A stretch of DNA of 64,000 bases. Origin: Waddliaceae bacterium. GTDB taxonomy: Bacteria; Chlamydiota; Chlamydiia; Chlamydiales; SLFE01. The notes beneath the pieces were generated by a model. The model had not been told where the DNA came from. It was given only the letters and a program-made list of their open reading frames with translations, and did no database searches. Below are positions 9,553 through 19,744 of this stretch, piece by piece. Where the stretch lies: contig CAWAPJ010000043.1 in the NCBI GenBank assembly GCA_963783885.1, positions 1 to 64,000 of the forward strand. The letters run 5' to 3'. Position 1 is the stretch's first letter. Every line of letters starts with the position of its first letter. The translations under genes and the position numbers were made by a program.

Positions 9553-9968
9553 ATGCGATCCCTTTTTCTTCTCTGTTTCCTGGGTGGGATTTCACTTTTT
9601 GCCGAAATCGTTTGATCGAGGCAAAGGACGGCAGGCATAAAATCACCTTTGCTTACGATCCATTTGATCTAAGAATATCCAAGAAAGTGTCCCTATATAG
9701 CGCACGCGAAGAGCGTATTCTTAACGAAGAGATCTATTTTTATGACAGGCAAAATGAACTTGGGGCCTACACACTAGGCCATCAACTCAAGCAATTAAAA
9801 GTACCCGGAATACGAGCCTGCAAAGAATCCTGCCAGTCCATTGCGATCGAGTTGCAAGACAGAGTCTTAGCCCCTATCCTTGATTGCCACGGGAATACTC
9901 AAAAGCTTGTGGATATCGAATCAAAACACATCACCCATGAATATGGTAGTGCAACATTGTTTCTGTAA
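9553..9968 (+). pseudogene. Internally deleted RHS gene remnant
   Basis: 9495-9606 matches the leader and 5' end of the RHS gene (about 11424-11535); about 9606-9945 matches RHS core from 15331 onward, in a different frame. Confidence 0.85.
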
Positions 9969-10090
9969 ATTGGTTGCTTGATAGCAGGTTTGTGCGTTTG
10001 ACTTGGCAAAGCAACATAAACAAAATCAAGAATGTTATACTGGCGGGAATTCAGGGTTTGTTCTTTCAATGCTTCAGCCCCTCCCATGTT

Positions 10091-10204
10091 TCAATATGTA
10101 ACAAATCTGTTAGATTTAATCGACTATATGTGTATATTTTGCCGATACAGCTCAAATTCACTCTAAATCACTTGTCAATAACAAACAAATTTGTTACATA
10201 TTGA
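10091..10204. promoter_or_regulatory. Pair of inverted operator-like sites upstream of the ATPase gene
   Basis: TCAATATGTAACAAAT (10091-10106) is the exact reverse complement of ATTTGTTACATATTGA (10189-10204); each overlaps a near-palindrome WAACAAATYTGTTA. Confidence 0.45.
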
Positions 10205-10207
10205 CAT

Positions 10208-11356
10208 ATGAAAAGACCTCTTTCAAATCCCTTCAAGTTCGGCGATCCTGTTGAAAAAGAATTTTATCTACCTCGTCCTCAACTTGAAAATACAGTACTT
10301 CAATTTCTTAACAACCGCATACATGTAGTGCTGATAGGCCCAAGGCGGTTTGGAAAAACATCTTTTATATTAAATTTACTGAATAAGTATGATGCTCAAT
10401 CCAAACCTTTCTTATATATTGATATTTTTAATATCACTTCCCACAAAGACTTTCTCCATCAAATACTTCGGGGGCTAAAGTCCAGGAAAAGGTTGGGTGA
10501 TAAAATCAAATCAATGTTCCAAGCTATCCCAAGAATCCGCCCTAAAATAACGACACAGATTGATTCAAACACAGGACAAACTTCTTTTGATCTGTCTTTT
10601 AACTTGGCAACTTCCTCGGAAAAGGAGGTGAAAGAGATCATTCAAGATGTTCTTTCAGAACTAGAAAATTTAGGCAAAGGCCTTCTCTTTGTTATTGATG
10701 AATTCCAGAAAATTGCTGAAATAGGGGACAACGGTTGGTTGGAAGCTACATTGCGTACACATATGCAACAATTGCGAAACACTTCTTTTCTATTTACAGG
10801 ATCAAGAAGAAGTGTAATCTCTGAAATGCTTAATAATCCAAGTCGGCCTTTGTACAGATTTTGCCAGCCTATTGAATTCCCTGCCTTTGGGGATGAATTC
10901 ACATCATGGATAATTGAAAGATTTAAGAGTGTTGGAATACACTGCGAAACAGATGCGGTTACCCATCTTAGAACATTGGTTCAAGATACGCCAAATTATG
11001 TACAAATGGTTTGCTTTCATCTTGTAGCAATCGGTGTTGACAAAGTTGCTGTAGAAGAAGTTGATAGAGCATTAAATATCGTTGTTAGACAGAATGCTTA
11101 TGCTTATCAAACACTCCTTGCTTCTTTAACACCTACACAACAAAGAACGTTACGCCTTGCTGCATCAGAAGGAAAACAAATTTTTGCAAAAGAGAATTTA
11201 GAAAAATATGAAATTTCAAGCAGCCCGGCACTATCTTCGGCAATAAAATCGCTCAAAGATAAAGAAATTCTTGATGAAGAGGGAGCGGGTAGAGGAACTG
11301 TAATATTTGATGATCCTCTTTTTGCAATTTGGCTACGCATAGAATTTAATGACTAG
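10208..11356 (+). CDS. P-loop ATPase of the archaeal-ATPase/STAND-like type with probable C-terminal winged helix
   Basis: NPFKFG..V...FY, Walker A GPRRFGKTS, Walker B LFVIDEFQ, FTGS, PNYVQ, C-terminal DPLFAIWL. Confidence 0.85.
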   Translation: MKRPLSNPFKFGDPVEKEFYLPRPQLENTVLQFLNNRIHVVLIGPRRFGKTSFILNLLNKYDAQSKPFLYIDIFNITSHKDFLHQILRGLKSRKRLGDKIKSMFQAIPRIRPKITTQIDSNTGQTSFDLSFNLATSSEKEVKEIIQDVLSELENLGKGLLFVIDEFQKIAEIGDNGWLEATLRTHMQQLRNTSFLFTGSRRSVISEMLNNPSRPLYRFCQPIEFPAFGDEFTSWIIERFKSVGIHCETDAVTHLRTLVQDTPNYVQMVCFHLVAIGVDKVAVEEVDRALNIVVRQNAYAYQTLLASLTPTQQRTLRLAASEGKQIFAKENLEKYEISSSPALSSAIKSLKDKEILDEEGAGRGTVIFDDPLFAIWLRIEFND

Positions 11357-11481
11357 ACGTTTTACTTGAATACGTTGATTAAGGGTAAAAAAAGCAAAAA
11401 ATTCCTAATTCGAGTTTTTCGGGTGTTGATCGATAATCTGAATCCAAGTACACTCCTGGTACTTTTCAATGGAGGTATTTC

Positions 11482-14400
11482 ATACGATCCCTTTTTCTTC
11501 TCTGCTGCTTGGGTTGGATTGCGCTCTTTGCCGAAGATGATTGCGAAGATTTCACTCCATCATCACCTTTTGAAATTTCCGACTTGACATGCAGCAAAGA
11601 ATTTCTTGTCGGGGGATTGATCAATCCTTTAAGCGGCCAGATCTGCATCAATAAAACCGATCTGGTTGCCAAAGGCGCTCAGGATATTGTCATTAACAGA
11701 ACATACATACCTCCTTTCCTCCCGGAAAAGCAGCACAAAAATCCGGACCTCGATAAGGCGCTCAGACATCAACAACTTTTTCGCAGTTATCGAGGATTTA
11801 CAACACTGCCTCATCTTACACTCAGATTGAAGTCAAATGGAAGGATACAAGTTGCATCTCAGAATGGCTCGCTTTTAGATTTTAAAATGACAAGCCGGGG
11901 AGACTATGTTTTAGACAGTTCCCCTTATGGAATCAGCAATTATGCCGCCGGCAAGCCGGGAGGACAGTTTGATGTCAGAAACATCAAGATCAATCGATCA
12001 GAAAATGAGATCGCCATTCATTTTCCCGATGGTTGCAGGCGTGTCTATAACAAACAGAGTACTTCTTCATATACCTTAGGCAAAGAAATTTTACCGAGCG
12101 GCAAGATCATCAAATATCATTATCAACATGGCGCTATCAGCCTGATCGAGAGCTTGGACCCCGGCGAAAAGCACATCTATGCCTCAGTTGAAGTCAAAGG
12201 ATCGAAGGAGAAAGGGAAGCAGGAATTTTTCGCGTCAAGCGGCGCTTTTGCGGCACATTCATATAAAACAAGAATGCTTCAATCCGAATGGAAGGACAAT
12301 GGAGGTCGTTTTAAACAAGGACTCCTCTCCAAACCCTATTTGACGGCAGCAGAAGGCTCATCTTTTGACAAAGAGGAGTTTTCGTATAGCGAGGATCTTT
12401 TTTTATCGGAATGCAGAAGCTCCCGTCTCCCATTTAAAAGTTTGAGCAAGATCACAAAAGCCCCAGATAACCAATATGACACTCGCGTGAAAAATCTTAT
12501 CTTTGACACGTCCGATGACACGTCTTTCATGGGAGTGGAAAACATTGAGTACTCTCCCCCCTTGCCGGGAAAGCTAAATGGAGAAACCCTGGTCGCTTAT
12601 CAAGACGGCTCTAAAATCGTTTATCGTTACACAGATCAATTGCTTCTCGAATCGGTAAAATCATTTCAACCGGATGGATCTCTTAAGAAAACAAAACTCT
12701 TTCACTGGGATGACAACAATCGATTGTCAAGGATTCAGTTATTTGATAGCGGCGAAGAACTGCTCTATGAAAAGGCCTATGAATACGATGATTTTGGCAA
12801 TCCGATTCTTGAAACGATCACAGGAAATGCTTCCTACAGCATAAGAAGGGAATTCTCTCAGGATGGCATGAATCTGCTCTTGAAAGAACAAGAGGACAGC
12901 GGAAAAGAGACAGTTTATACCTACCTTTCCGAAACCAACCTCCCGACATCAAAACTTACTTCAGAAAATGGCAACATTTTCCAAAGAGAATATTGGGAGT
13001 ATGACGACTGTCATAATTTGATCGGCAAAATTATTGATGATGGAAAATCTCCTCCGGCTGAAAGGCGCATAACATCCTATACCCTTCGCCAAGAAGCGCC
13101 GTATCTCCATATGCCGGAATGGATCGAAGAAAGATACCTCGAAGGGGAATGCGAAAAAATCCTGAAAAAAACTCATTTGATCTACGACCAATATGGCAAT
13201 GTTTCGCAAGAGGATGTATATGACTCTGACGGAAATTTCCGGTATTCACGATTCAAGGAATACGACAAGAGAGGCAATTTAATTTCCGAAACCAACGCGC
13301 TAGGACAAACAGCCTACTACGAGTATGATCAAAATGGCAACCTTCTAACAGAAACCTCTTTATCCGGAAAACTGAAAAAGGAGTATACCTACGATCTTAG
13401 AGGACGGCGTTTAACTGAAACACATCGTGGATCCAATGGCGAATTGAAAACTTTTCTTTACAAGTATGATAATAACGATCAACTGATCCAAAAGATCGTC
13501 AATGATTCACACATCACTCGCTATAACCTTGATCCCATTGTCCTAAAACCGACCACCATCCAATATCCTTCAGACGTAAAAATCTGCAGACAATACGATG
13601 CTTTAGGACGCGAAACAGCCAAAACCGATCCTGAAGGATATACAACATACACCACTCGAAACCTCTACGGCTCTCCACTGCAAATTGTTCATCCCGATGG
13701 AACAGAGGAGAGGTTTTCATACTCAAAAGAAGGACATCTTTTAGAATATATCGACCAAGAAGGTAGCAAAACCGCCTACATCCGAGATATACTTGGCAGA
13801 GTTTTAAAAAAGACATTTTTTACAAAGGCAGGAGAAGAACTCGGCTCAAAATCTTTTGTCTACAATTCCTTTCACCTTCTGAAAGAAACCGATCTAGAGG
13901 GGCATGCCGCCTCTTATCACTACGATGGAGCCGGTAGAAAAATCAGTGAGGAAAGAGAGGGGAGAATTACTGAATACTCCTATGACTCTCTGGGAAGGTT
14001 GGCAGCTGTTAAGAAAGATTCCCTTCTTCACCACTACGAATACGACCTTCTCGATCGTATGATTCAAGAGACGAAAACCGATTTAGATGGAACAATTCTT
14101 TATCAAGTCGGCTATGAATATGACGAAGATGGCAACCGCTCAGCAATTACCCGAAACCATGCCGCCGAAAAATTTTCATACGATGCTTTTGGCCGGATCA
14201 CCGCCCATAAAGACTATGAAGACAATACCATCGCTTATACCTATGATGACTGGTACGAAAATTCCTTTTTGAGAAAAACAGCTGTCGACCCTTCAGGCAA
14301 AACAACAGTCACTATTTATGACCCCTTTGAAAGGATGACATCCGAGCAACTGTTCGATCAAAATAAAGCGACGCTTCACTTTAAAGATTTAAAATATGAT

Positions 14401-16311
14401 TCGAGAGGCAGCCTGATCAAAATCAGTGATGATATTTATCAAAACGGCCGCTATCAGCGAACGCAAACCCTGACTTATGCCTATGACTCAATGAATCGCC
14501 TCCAATCTGAAACTCATGGCTTCGAAAGATCGATCCACTATTCCTATCATCCTTCCGGCCGTTTAGCTTCAAAAACCCTGCCAAACGGAAAAGTTCTCAA
14601 CTACGCCTATAACCCCTTAGGGTATTTAGAATCTCTCCATTCTTCCGACGGTTCAATCAATTTCAATTTCCGCACGAACAAACTTGGCGATATCATCGAA
14701 GCCGTTGATATCAGTCAAGCTTATTCCATAACACGGGAACTTGATCCCTTCGGCAACATTTTAAGAGAGCAGACATCGGATGGCCTTGTCCTAGACAAGA
14801 AATACGACTGTTTCAACCGCCCCCTTGAGCTAGAATTTTCAGAAGGCTCTATAAAGTATGAATATGATCCCCTCTACCTTCGATGCGTTTCAAGATTCAA
14901 TAGCCAAAAAGATCAGCTGTATACCCACACCTATAGCCGCTATGATCAATCGGGCCGCCTGCTTGAAGAATCGCTTATAGGCGAACTTGGCACAGCGAAT
15001 TTCCAATACGATAAAAACGGGCAGAAAACGGCCTCATTTTCACCCTACTTCACTCAAACTTGCAACTATAACAAGATGGGCAACCTCGTTGAATCAACAA
15101 AAGATCAAGCAATTCACTCTTATTCCTATGATGCCCTTTCTCAGCTAACTTCTGAAAATGACACGGCATATGCTTATGATTCCTTCTTTAATCGAACACA
15201 AAAAAATGACGAGGCATTTCAATACAATCAGCTTAGCGAGCTCATTTCAAAAGGAAAGCAAACATACAAGTACGATCAATGCGGCAATCTTACACACGAC
15301 GGCAAAATGACCTACACGTATGATCTTCTCAATCGCTTGATCGAGGCAAAGGACGGCAGGCGTAAAATCACCTTTACTTACGATCCATTTGATCGAAGAA
15401 TATCCAAGAAAGTGTCCCTATACAGCGCACACGAAGAGCGCATCCTTAACGAAGAGGTCTACTTTTATAACGGGCAAAATGAACTTGGCGCTTACACACT
15501 AGGCCATCAACTCAAGCAATTAAAAGTACCCGGAATACGAGCCTGCAAAGAATTTTGCCAACCCATTGCGATCGAACTCCAAGACAGAGTCTTCGCCCCA
15601 ATTCTCGACTGCCACGGGAATATTCAAAAGCTTGTGGATATCGAATCAGAACAAATTTCGCATAAATACAACTATTCAGCATTCGGAGATAACCTCAAAA
15701 CTACCGAACCCTTGTACAATCCCTGGAGGTACGCAGGCAAACGCCTGGATCCTGAAACGGGCTTGGTCTACTTCGGCAAGCGCTACTATAGCCCGGCTAT
15801 TGGCCGCTGGCTGACAACCGATCCTGCCGGCACCCGCGATTCCACGAATCTCTACCAGTATCTTTTCAACAACCCCTTCCAATACTGCGATCCCGATGGG
15901 CAATGCGTTTTCTTGATAGCCATTCCTATAGGCGAAATCATTTTAGGGACAGCAACAGCGGAAGCGATCATTGGTGCAGTAGTGGGCGCCTTTTGCGCTT
16001 ATTTCGCTTATGAGAATGTTCATTACGTAGAAGATTGGATGAATGATTGCTACCGCGATGGATTTCATTATGGTTGGGATGATCTTGGCTGGGATCCGGC
16101 AAATCCAAATATTGAGGGATTTGAATGGAGGGGAAAGAACCCACCAGGGTGCGAGGAAGGAGGATGGTATAATGAAGGAACTAAAGAATCCTATCATCCT
16201 GATTTGGAACATGGCCCCCCTTATGGTCCTCATTGGGACTATATACCTGAAAAGAATCATGATGGTTATAGAATTTACCCTGATGGACGTGTTGAACCCA
16301 AAGAAAAATGA
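11482..16311 (+). CDS. RHS/YD-repeat polymorphic toxin with predicted signal peptide and Ntox37-like C-terminal toxin
   Basis: Many YD repeats; core end PWRYAGKRLDPETGLVYFGKRYY...RWLTTDP...NLYQY..NNP....DPDG; tip GFEWRG...WYN..TKESYHPDLEH.PP.GPHWDY. The ORF track starts at TTG 11509; the RBS and paralogue comparison point to an in-frame ATA at 11482. Confidence 0.9.
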   Translation: MRSLFLLCCLGWIALFAEDDCEDFTPSSPFEISDLTCSKEFLVGGLINPLSGQICINKTDLVAKGAQDIVINRTYIPPFLPEKQHKNPDLDKALRHQQLFRSYRGFTTLPHLTLRLKSNGRIQVASQNGSLLDFKMTSRGDYVLDSSPYGISNYAAGKPGGQFDVRNIKINRSENEIAIHFPDGCRRVYNKQSTSSYTLGKEILPSGKIIKYHYQHGAISLIESLDPGEKHIYASVEVKGSKEKGKQEFFASSGAFAAHSYKTRMLQSEWKDNGGRFKQGLLSKPYLTAAEGSSFDKEEFSYSEDLFLSECRSSRLPFKSLSKITKAPDNQYDTRVKNLIFDTSDDTSFMGVENIEYSPPLPGKLNGETLVAYQDGSKIVYRYTDQLLLESVKSFQPDGSLKKTKLFHWDDNNRLSRIQLFDSGEELLYEKAYEYDDFGNPILETITGNASYSIRREFSQDGMNLLLKEQEDSGKETVYTYLSETNLPTSKLTSENGNIFQREYWEYDDCHNLIGKIIDDGKSPPAERRITSYTLRQEAPYLHMPEWIEERYLEGECEKILKKTHLIYDQYGNVSQEDVYDSDGNFRYSRFKEYDKRGNLISETNALGQTAYYEYDQNGNLLTETSLSGKLKKEYTYDLRGRRLTETHRGSNGELKTFLYKYDNNDQLIQKIVNDSHITRYNLDPIVLKPTTIQYPSDVKICRQYDALGRETAKTDPEGYTTYTTRNLYGSPLQIVHPDGTEERFSYSKEGHLLEYIDQEGSKTAYIRDILGRVLKKTFFTKAGEELGSKSFVYNSFHLLKETDLEGHAASYHYDGAGRKISEEREGRITEYSYDSLGRLAAVKKDSLLHHYEYDLLDRMIQETKTDLDGTILYQVGYEYDEDGNRSAITRNHAAEKFSYDAFGRITAHKDYEDNTIAYTYDDWYENSFLRKTAVDPSGKTTVTIYDPFERMTSEQLFDQNKATLHFKDLKYDSRGSLIKISDDIYQNGRYQRTQTLTYAYDSMNRLQSETHGFERSIHYSYHPSGRLASKTLPNGKVLNYAYNPLGYLESLHSSDGSINFNFRTNKLGDIIEAVDISQAYSITRELDPFGNILREQTSDGLVLDKKYDCFNRPLELEFSEGSIKYEYDPLYLRCVSRFNSQKDQLYTHTYSRYDQSGRLLEESLIGELGTANFQYDKNGQKTASFSPYFTQTCNYNKMGNLVESTKDQAIHSYSYDALSQLTSENDTAYAYDSFFNRTQKNDEAFQYNQLSELISKGKQTYKYDQCGNLTHDGKMTYTYDLLNRLIEAKDGRRKITFTYDPFDRRISKKVSLYSAHEERILNEEVYFYNGQNELGAYTLGHQLKQLKVPGIRACKEFCQPIAIELQDRVFAPILDCHGNIQKLVDIESEQISHKYNYSAFGDNLKTTEPLYNPWRYAGKRLDPETGLVYFGKRYYSPAIGRWLTTDPAGTRDSTNLYQYLFNNPFQYCDPDGQCVFLIAIPIGEIILGTATAEAIIGAVVGAFCAYFAYENVHYVEDWMNDCYRDGFHYGWDDLGWDPANPNIEGFEWRGKNPPGCEEGGWYNEGTKESYHPDLEHGPPYGPHWDYIPEKNHDGYRIYPDGRVEPKEK

Positions 16312-16943
16312 GTTTCGATATGAAGAAATATGTTTTAGACTTTGATATAGCTTTGCCCTACTTTCTCAAGCATATTGGATGCGGTAATACCCTATCAAAA
16401 TGCATTCTGGATAAAGTTGATTTAACCTCAGGACATTTTTTTACAATTCTTCCAGAAGAAGCTAATTTTAAACATATTGAAAACTTAAAATATGGAGGAA
16501 TTCTGCCTAACAAAGAAATTCGTAAACAACATCCAAGCGGTAGCGGATTCTATCAAAAAATACCAAATACTAAGGAAGCATTAGTTCGTTTAATAAAGGA
16601 ATATTTAAATGAAAATTCTGTCAATTATTGTGTAGCAGAGGATGTAATTAGAAGGGCTAAAGATGAGGGGATAAATGAATCCAATGCACTGCTATTAACA
16701 CATAGTGATGAAGTTTATTATCTATTAGACCAGGGATCCCCGGAAAATGAGATTGAAGATGCAATTTGGTGCGCAAATGCTATCTATCATATGCTGGTAG
16801 TTTTAGCAAAAGGGAATCATGATTTCCAAACTCATTTGCAATTAAAAGATTTTGACTTAATTTGTGAAAGCCCTTGTTATATCATTGGTAGCGCTTATGA
16901 TAGCGAGTCATATGTTATTTGGAAAAAAAATGAGCTGGGGTAA
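16308..16943 (+). CDS. Putative cognate immunity protein (paralogue 1 of the AYDxEsY family)
   Basis: ATGA overlap with the RHS stop; shares GNxLS, GxFFTxLP, GGI and AYDxExYxxW with five downstream ORFs. Confidence 0.75.
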   Translation: MSFDMKKYVLDFDIALPYFLKHIGCGNTLSKCILDKVDLTSGHFFTILPEEANFKHIENLKYGGILPNKEIRKQHPSGSGFYQKIPNTKEALVRLIKEYLNENSVNYCVAEDVIRRAKDEGINESNALLLTHSDEVYYLLDQGSPENEIEDAIWCANAIYHMLVVLAKGNHDFQTHLQLKDFDLICESPCYIIGSAYDSESYVIWKKNELG

Positions 16944-17002
16944 GAGGGGCCGTGTCGTGGTGTGACACGAACCTCATAAGCTTTAGCTCGTGAGGGTGTT
17001 GT

Positions 17003-17275
17003 ATGAATGAGAATGATTTTCACCCTTTTCCTGGAGTAAAACCGCCAAGCAATTCAAATGATTGTCCCGTAGAAGGCTTTGAAAAATATGGAGGTTCAAA
17101 AGGAAATTGGTTTAATCCAAATACAGGTGAAAGTTTACATCCAGATTTAGAGCATCATCCTTCAATTGATCCTCATTGGGACTATTATCCTGAAAGAAAG
17201 CATGATGGATATCGCTTGTATCCGGATGGAAGATGCGAGCCAAAAAATAAAGGAAAAAGGAAAAAAGGTAAGTAA
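17003..17275 (+). CDS. Orphan Ntox37-like toxin tip
   Basis: GNWFNPNTGESLHPDLEH.P.IDPHWDY...GYRLYPDGRCEPK, homologous to the RHS tip. Confidence 0.75.
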   Translation: MNENDFHPFPGVKPPSNSNDCPVEGFEKYGGSKGNWFNPNTGESLHPDLEHHPSIDPHWDYYPERKHDGYRLYPDGRCEPKNKGKRKKGK

Positions 17276-17279
17276 ATTC

Positions 17280-17945
17280 ATGAAAAAATGGAAGTTAAAT
17301 TACACGACGGCATGACCATATTTTAATAAGCATATAAAATCGGGAAATTCACTATCAAGATTTCTTATAGAAAAAATTGATTTTAAAAAGGGACACTTTT
17401 TTACAATTCTTCCAGAAGATGCTCAAATTGAAAATATTGAGAATCTACGTTTCGGAGGAATTCTTCCACAACCTCCTATGATGAAGTCCCCAGATAATAG
17501 AGGATATTGGCAATCAATACCGACAACTATCGAATCAATGGCAGATTTTATAAAAAATTTCTTGGAGCAAAATGACTTGCGTTATGGTTTGGTGGAAGAC
17601 GTGTGTTATGGACCAAATGATGAAGTAGTTTTAGAGTCAGAGGTCGAATACCTGCTTTATGATAAAGAGGTTTATTACTTTCTTCAAAAAAAAGTATCAA
17701 CAGAAGAAATTGAACAAACTATCAGAATAGGGAATGCAAATTACCATCTACTCATTGTTTTGGGTGAAGGTGAAAGATTTAGAAATGAGGCCCTTCAATT
17801 TAGTGATTTTGAGCAAATTGCACAAGAAGCAATATACATAGTTGGAAGTGCTTATGATAGTGAATCATATATAGTTTGGAAAAACGATGACAAGCTCGAT
17901 CCTAATATGGAGAATTTCTTTAAGGAGAAGGATTATCAAAAGTGA
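17280..17945 (+). pseudogene. Immunity paralogue 2 with an early nonsense codon
   Basis: MKKWKLNYTTA*PYF: TGA at 17313 where the 20388 copy has TGG (W); in frame with ORF 17478..17945. Confidence 0.75.
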
Positions 17946-18024
17946 AAATCAAATATATTTACGACCCTATCACAGGACCACATTGGGATTATTATGATCC
18001 TCTCTGAGATGCTAAATTATATAA

Positions 18025-18441
18025 TGCGTTTTCCTGATAGCCATTCCTATAGGCGAAATCATTTTGGGCACAGCTACAGCGGAAGCGATCATTGGTGCAG
18101 TAGTGGGCGCCTTTTGCGCTTATTTCGCTTATGAGAATGTTCATTACGTAGAAGATTGGATGAATCAACACTATCGAGATAATCCAAGCCCTTATGGCTG
18201 GGACGATCTTGGATGGAATCCTGAATGCCCTAACCTTGATGGTTTTGAGTGGAGAGGTAGAGGCCCTCCATCGAGTGGTAAAGGGAGTTGGTTTAATGAA
18301 GAAACAGGAGAATCTTATCATCCCGATTTGGAACATGGTCCTCCAGATGGCCCTCATTGGGACTATTCACCGGATGATTCACACGGAAAAAAACATAGAG
18401 GATATCGGATAAAACCGGATGGCAGTTGTGAACCTAAATAA
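18025..18441 (+). CDS. Orphan toxin module (linker + Ntox37-like tip), probably a silent cassette
   Basis: 18023-18165 is near-identical to 15902-16044; tip GFEWRG..GSWFNEETGESYHPDLEHGPPDGPHWDY; in-frame stop just upstream, only a TTG start (18064). Confidence 0.75.
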   Translation, partial: CVFLIAIPIGEIILGTATAEAIIGAVVGAFCAYFAYENVHYVEDWMNQHYRDNPSPYGWDDLGWNPECPNLDGFEWRGRGPPSSGKGSWFNEETGESYHPDLEHGPPDGPHWDYSPDDSHGKKHRGYRIKPDGSCEPK

Positions 18442-18458
18442 CTTATAAAGTCGTATAT

Positions 18459-19085
18459 ATGAAGATAAAAAAGTACAACTTAAATTACAATAAAGTTATC
18501 AATTATTTTCTCGATCATATTGACTGGGGAAACAGTTTATCAACTTATTTTCATAAAAAAATGAATTTTTCTAGTGGTAATTTTTTCACAATATTACCTG
18601 ATAACGCCAAGTTTGAACAAATTGAAGATTTAAAAAATGGAGGGATACTACCACCAGCTGGACCTTGTTTGCCAATTGATAATGGAAGCGGAACGTACCA
18701 AGCCGTTCCAAATACAAAAGAAGCTTTGGTTGATTTTGTAAAAGATTTTCTTAATCAGAATTCTTTTAATTATTGTATTGGAGAAGATGTTCTTCGCGGG
18801 CCTACAGACAAAATTGTTAAGCAGTCCGCTGAAAAATTTCTCCTTTATAACAATGAGATCTATTATTTACTAGATATGCAGAATTCTATCGATGAAATTG
18901 AAGATGTTATTTGGAAGTCTAATGCCTTGTATCATATGTTTGTTGTATTAACTAATGGTTCTCATAATTATACAGGATTTTTGAGATATGAAGATTTTGA
19001 TTTAATCTATAACAATGTCAATTATATTATTGGTAGCGCATATGATGGTGAGTCCTATATTATTTGGGAAAAAACCAAAGAATGA
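18459..19085 (+). CDS. Putative immunity protein (paralogue 3)
   Basis: WGNSLS, GNFFTILP, GGILP, IIGSAYDGESYIIW. Confidence 0.75.
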   Translation: MKIKKYNLNYNKVINYFLDHIDWGNSLSTYFHKKMNFSSGNFFTILPDNAKFEQIEDLKNGGILPPAGPCLPIDNGSGTYQAVPNTKEALVDFVKDFLNQNSFNYCIGEDVLRGPTDKIVKQSAEKFLLYNNEIYYLLDMQNSIDEIEDVIWKSNALYHMFVVLTNGSHNYTGFLRYEDFDLIYNNVNYIIGSAYDGESYIIWEKTKE

Positions 19086-19106
19086 ATTTATTATCTAGGA
19101 TAAATT

Positions 19107-19742
19107 ATGAAACGATTGATTCACCATAATTTGAATTATGAAAAAACCTACCCATATGTTCGAGATCTCATTCATTGGGGCACTCCTTTTACAAAGGTAT
19201 TATCAGAGAAAGTCGATTTTTCCAAAGGACATTTTTTTGTTGACTTACCGGAGGGCTATATTTTGAATAGAATTTATCATTTTAAGTTTGGTGGGATTGC
19301 TTATAAACTAGATGTCGGAGCAAAGCAAAAATTAACAAATAGTGGAAAACCTTATACACCAAGATTTTATATGTCTACTCAAAATGAATTAAATGATTTT
19401 CTTAAAAAATATTTAGATTTGGATAACAAAAATTTCATCATTGTTGATGAGTATTTGTTAAAAGCAGTGGATAAGCATTTGCCAATCGACAATGTTGCCA
19501 TTGGTTTTGAAGGAGACTATGCCAGTTATGTATTGACCTCTAAAAATTCAGAAAAGGATATTTGCAAAACTACAAGTTCTGCTTGTTATGATGAACATAC
19601 AGTTATTGTTCTGTCACGAGGTGATCTTATTTTTTCAAATCATTTTGTTAGTGATAATCAAGAGGTGATTCTTAAAAATTTAGAGTACATTATCTTTAAT
19701 GCTTATGATGGAGAAGCTTATTTAAGTTGGAAAGCTGGGTAA
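19107..19742 (+). CDS. Putative immunity protein (divergent paralogue 4)
   Basis: KVDFSKGHFFVDLP, FKFGGI, IFNAYDGEAYLSW. Confidence 0.7.
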   Translation: MKRLIHHNLNYEKTYPYVRDLIHWGTPFTKVLSEKVDFSKGHFFVDLPEGYILNRIYHFKFGGIAYKLDVGAKQKLTNSGKPYTPRFYMSTQNELNDFLKKYLDLDNKNFIIVDEYLLKAVDKHLPIDNVAIGFEGDYASYVLTSKNSEKDICKTTSSACYDEHTVIVLSRGDLIFSNHFVSDNQEVILKNLEYIIFNAYDGEAYLSWKAG

Positions 19743-19744
19743 TC

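Noticed and set aside
9946..10090. GGTAGTGCAAC at the end of the RHS remnant as an IS1-like terminus
   Set aside because: No partner inverted repeat or transposase fragment found.
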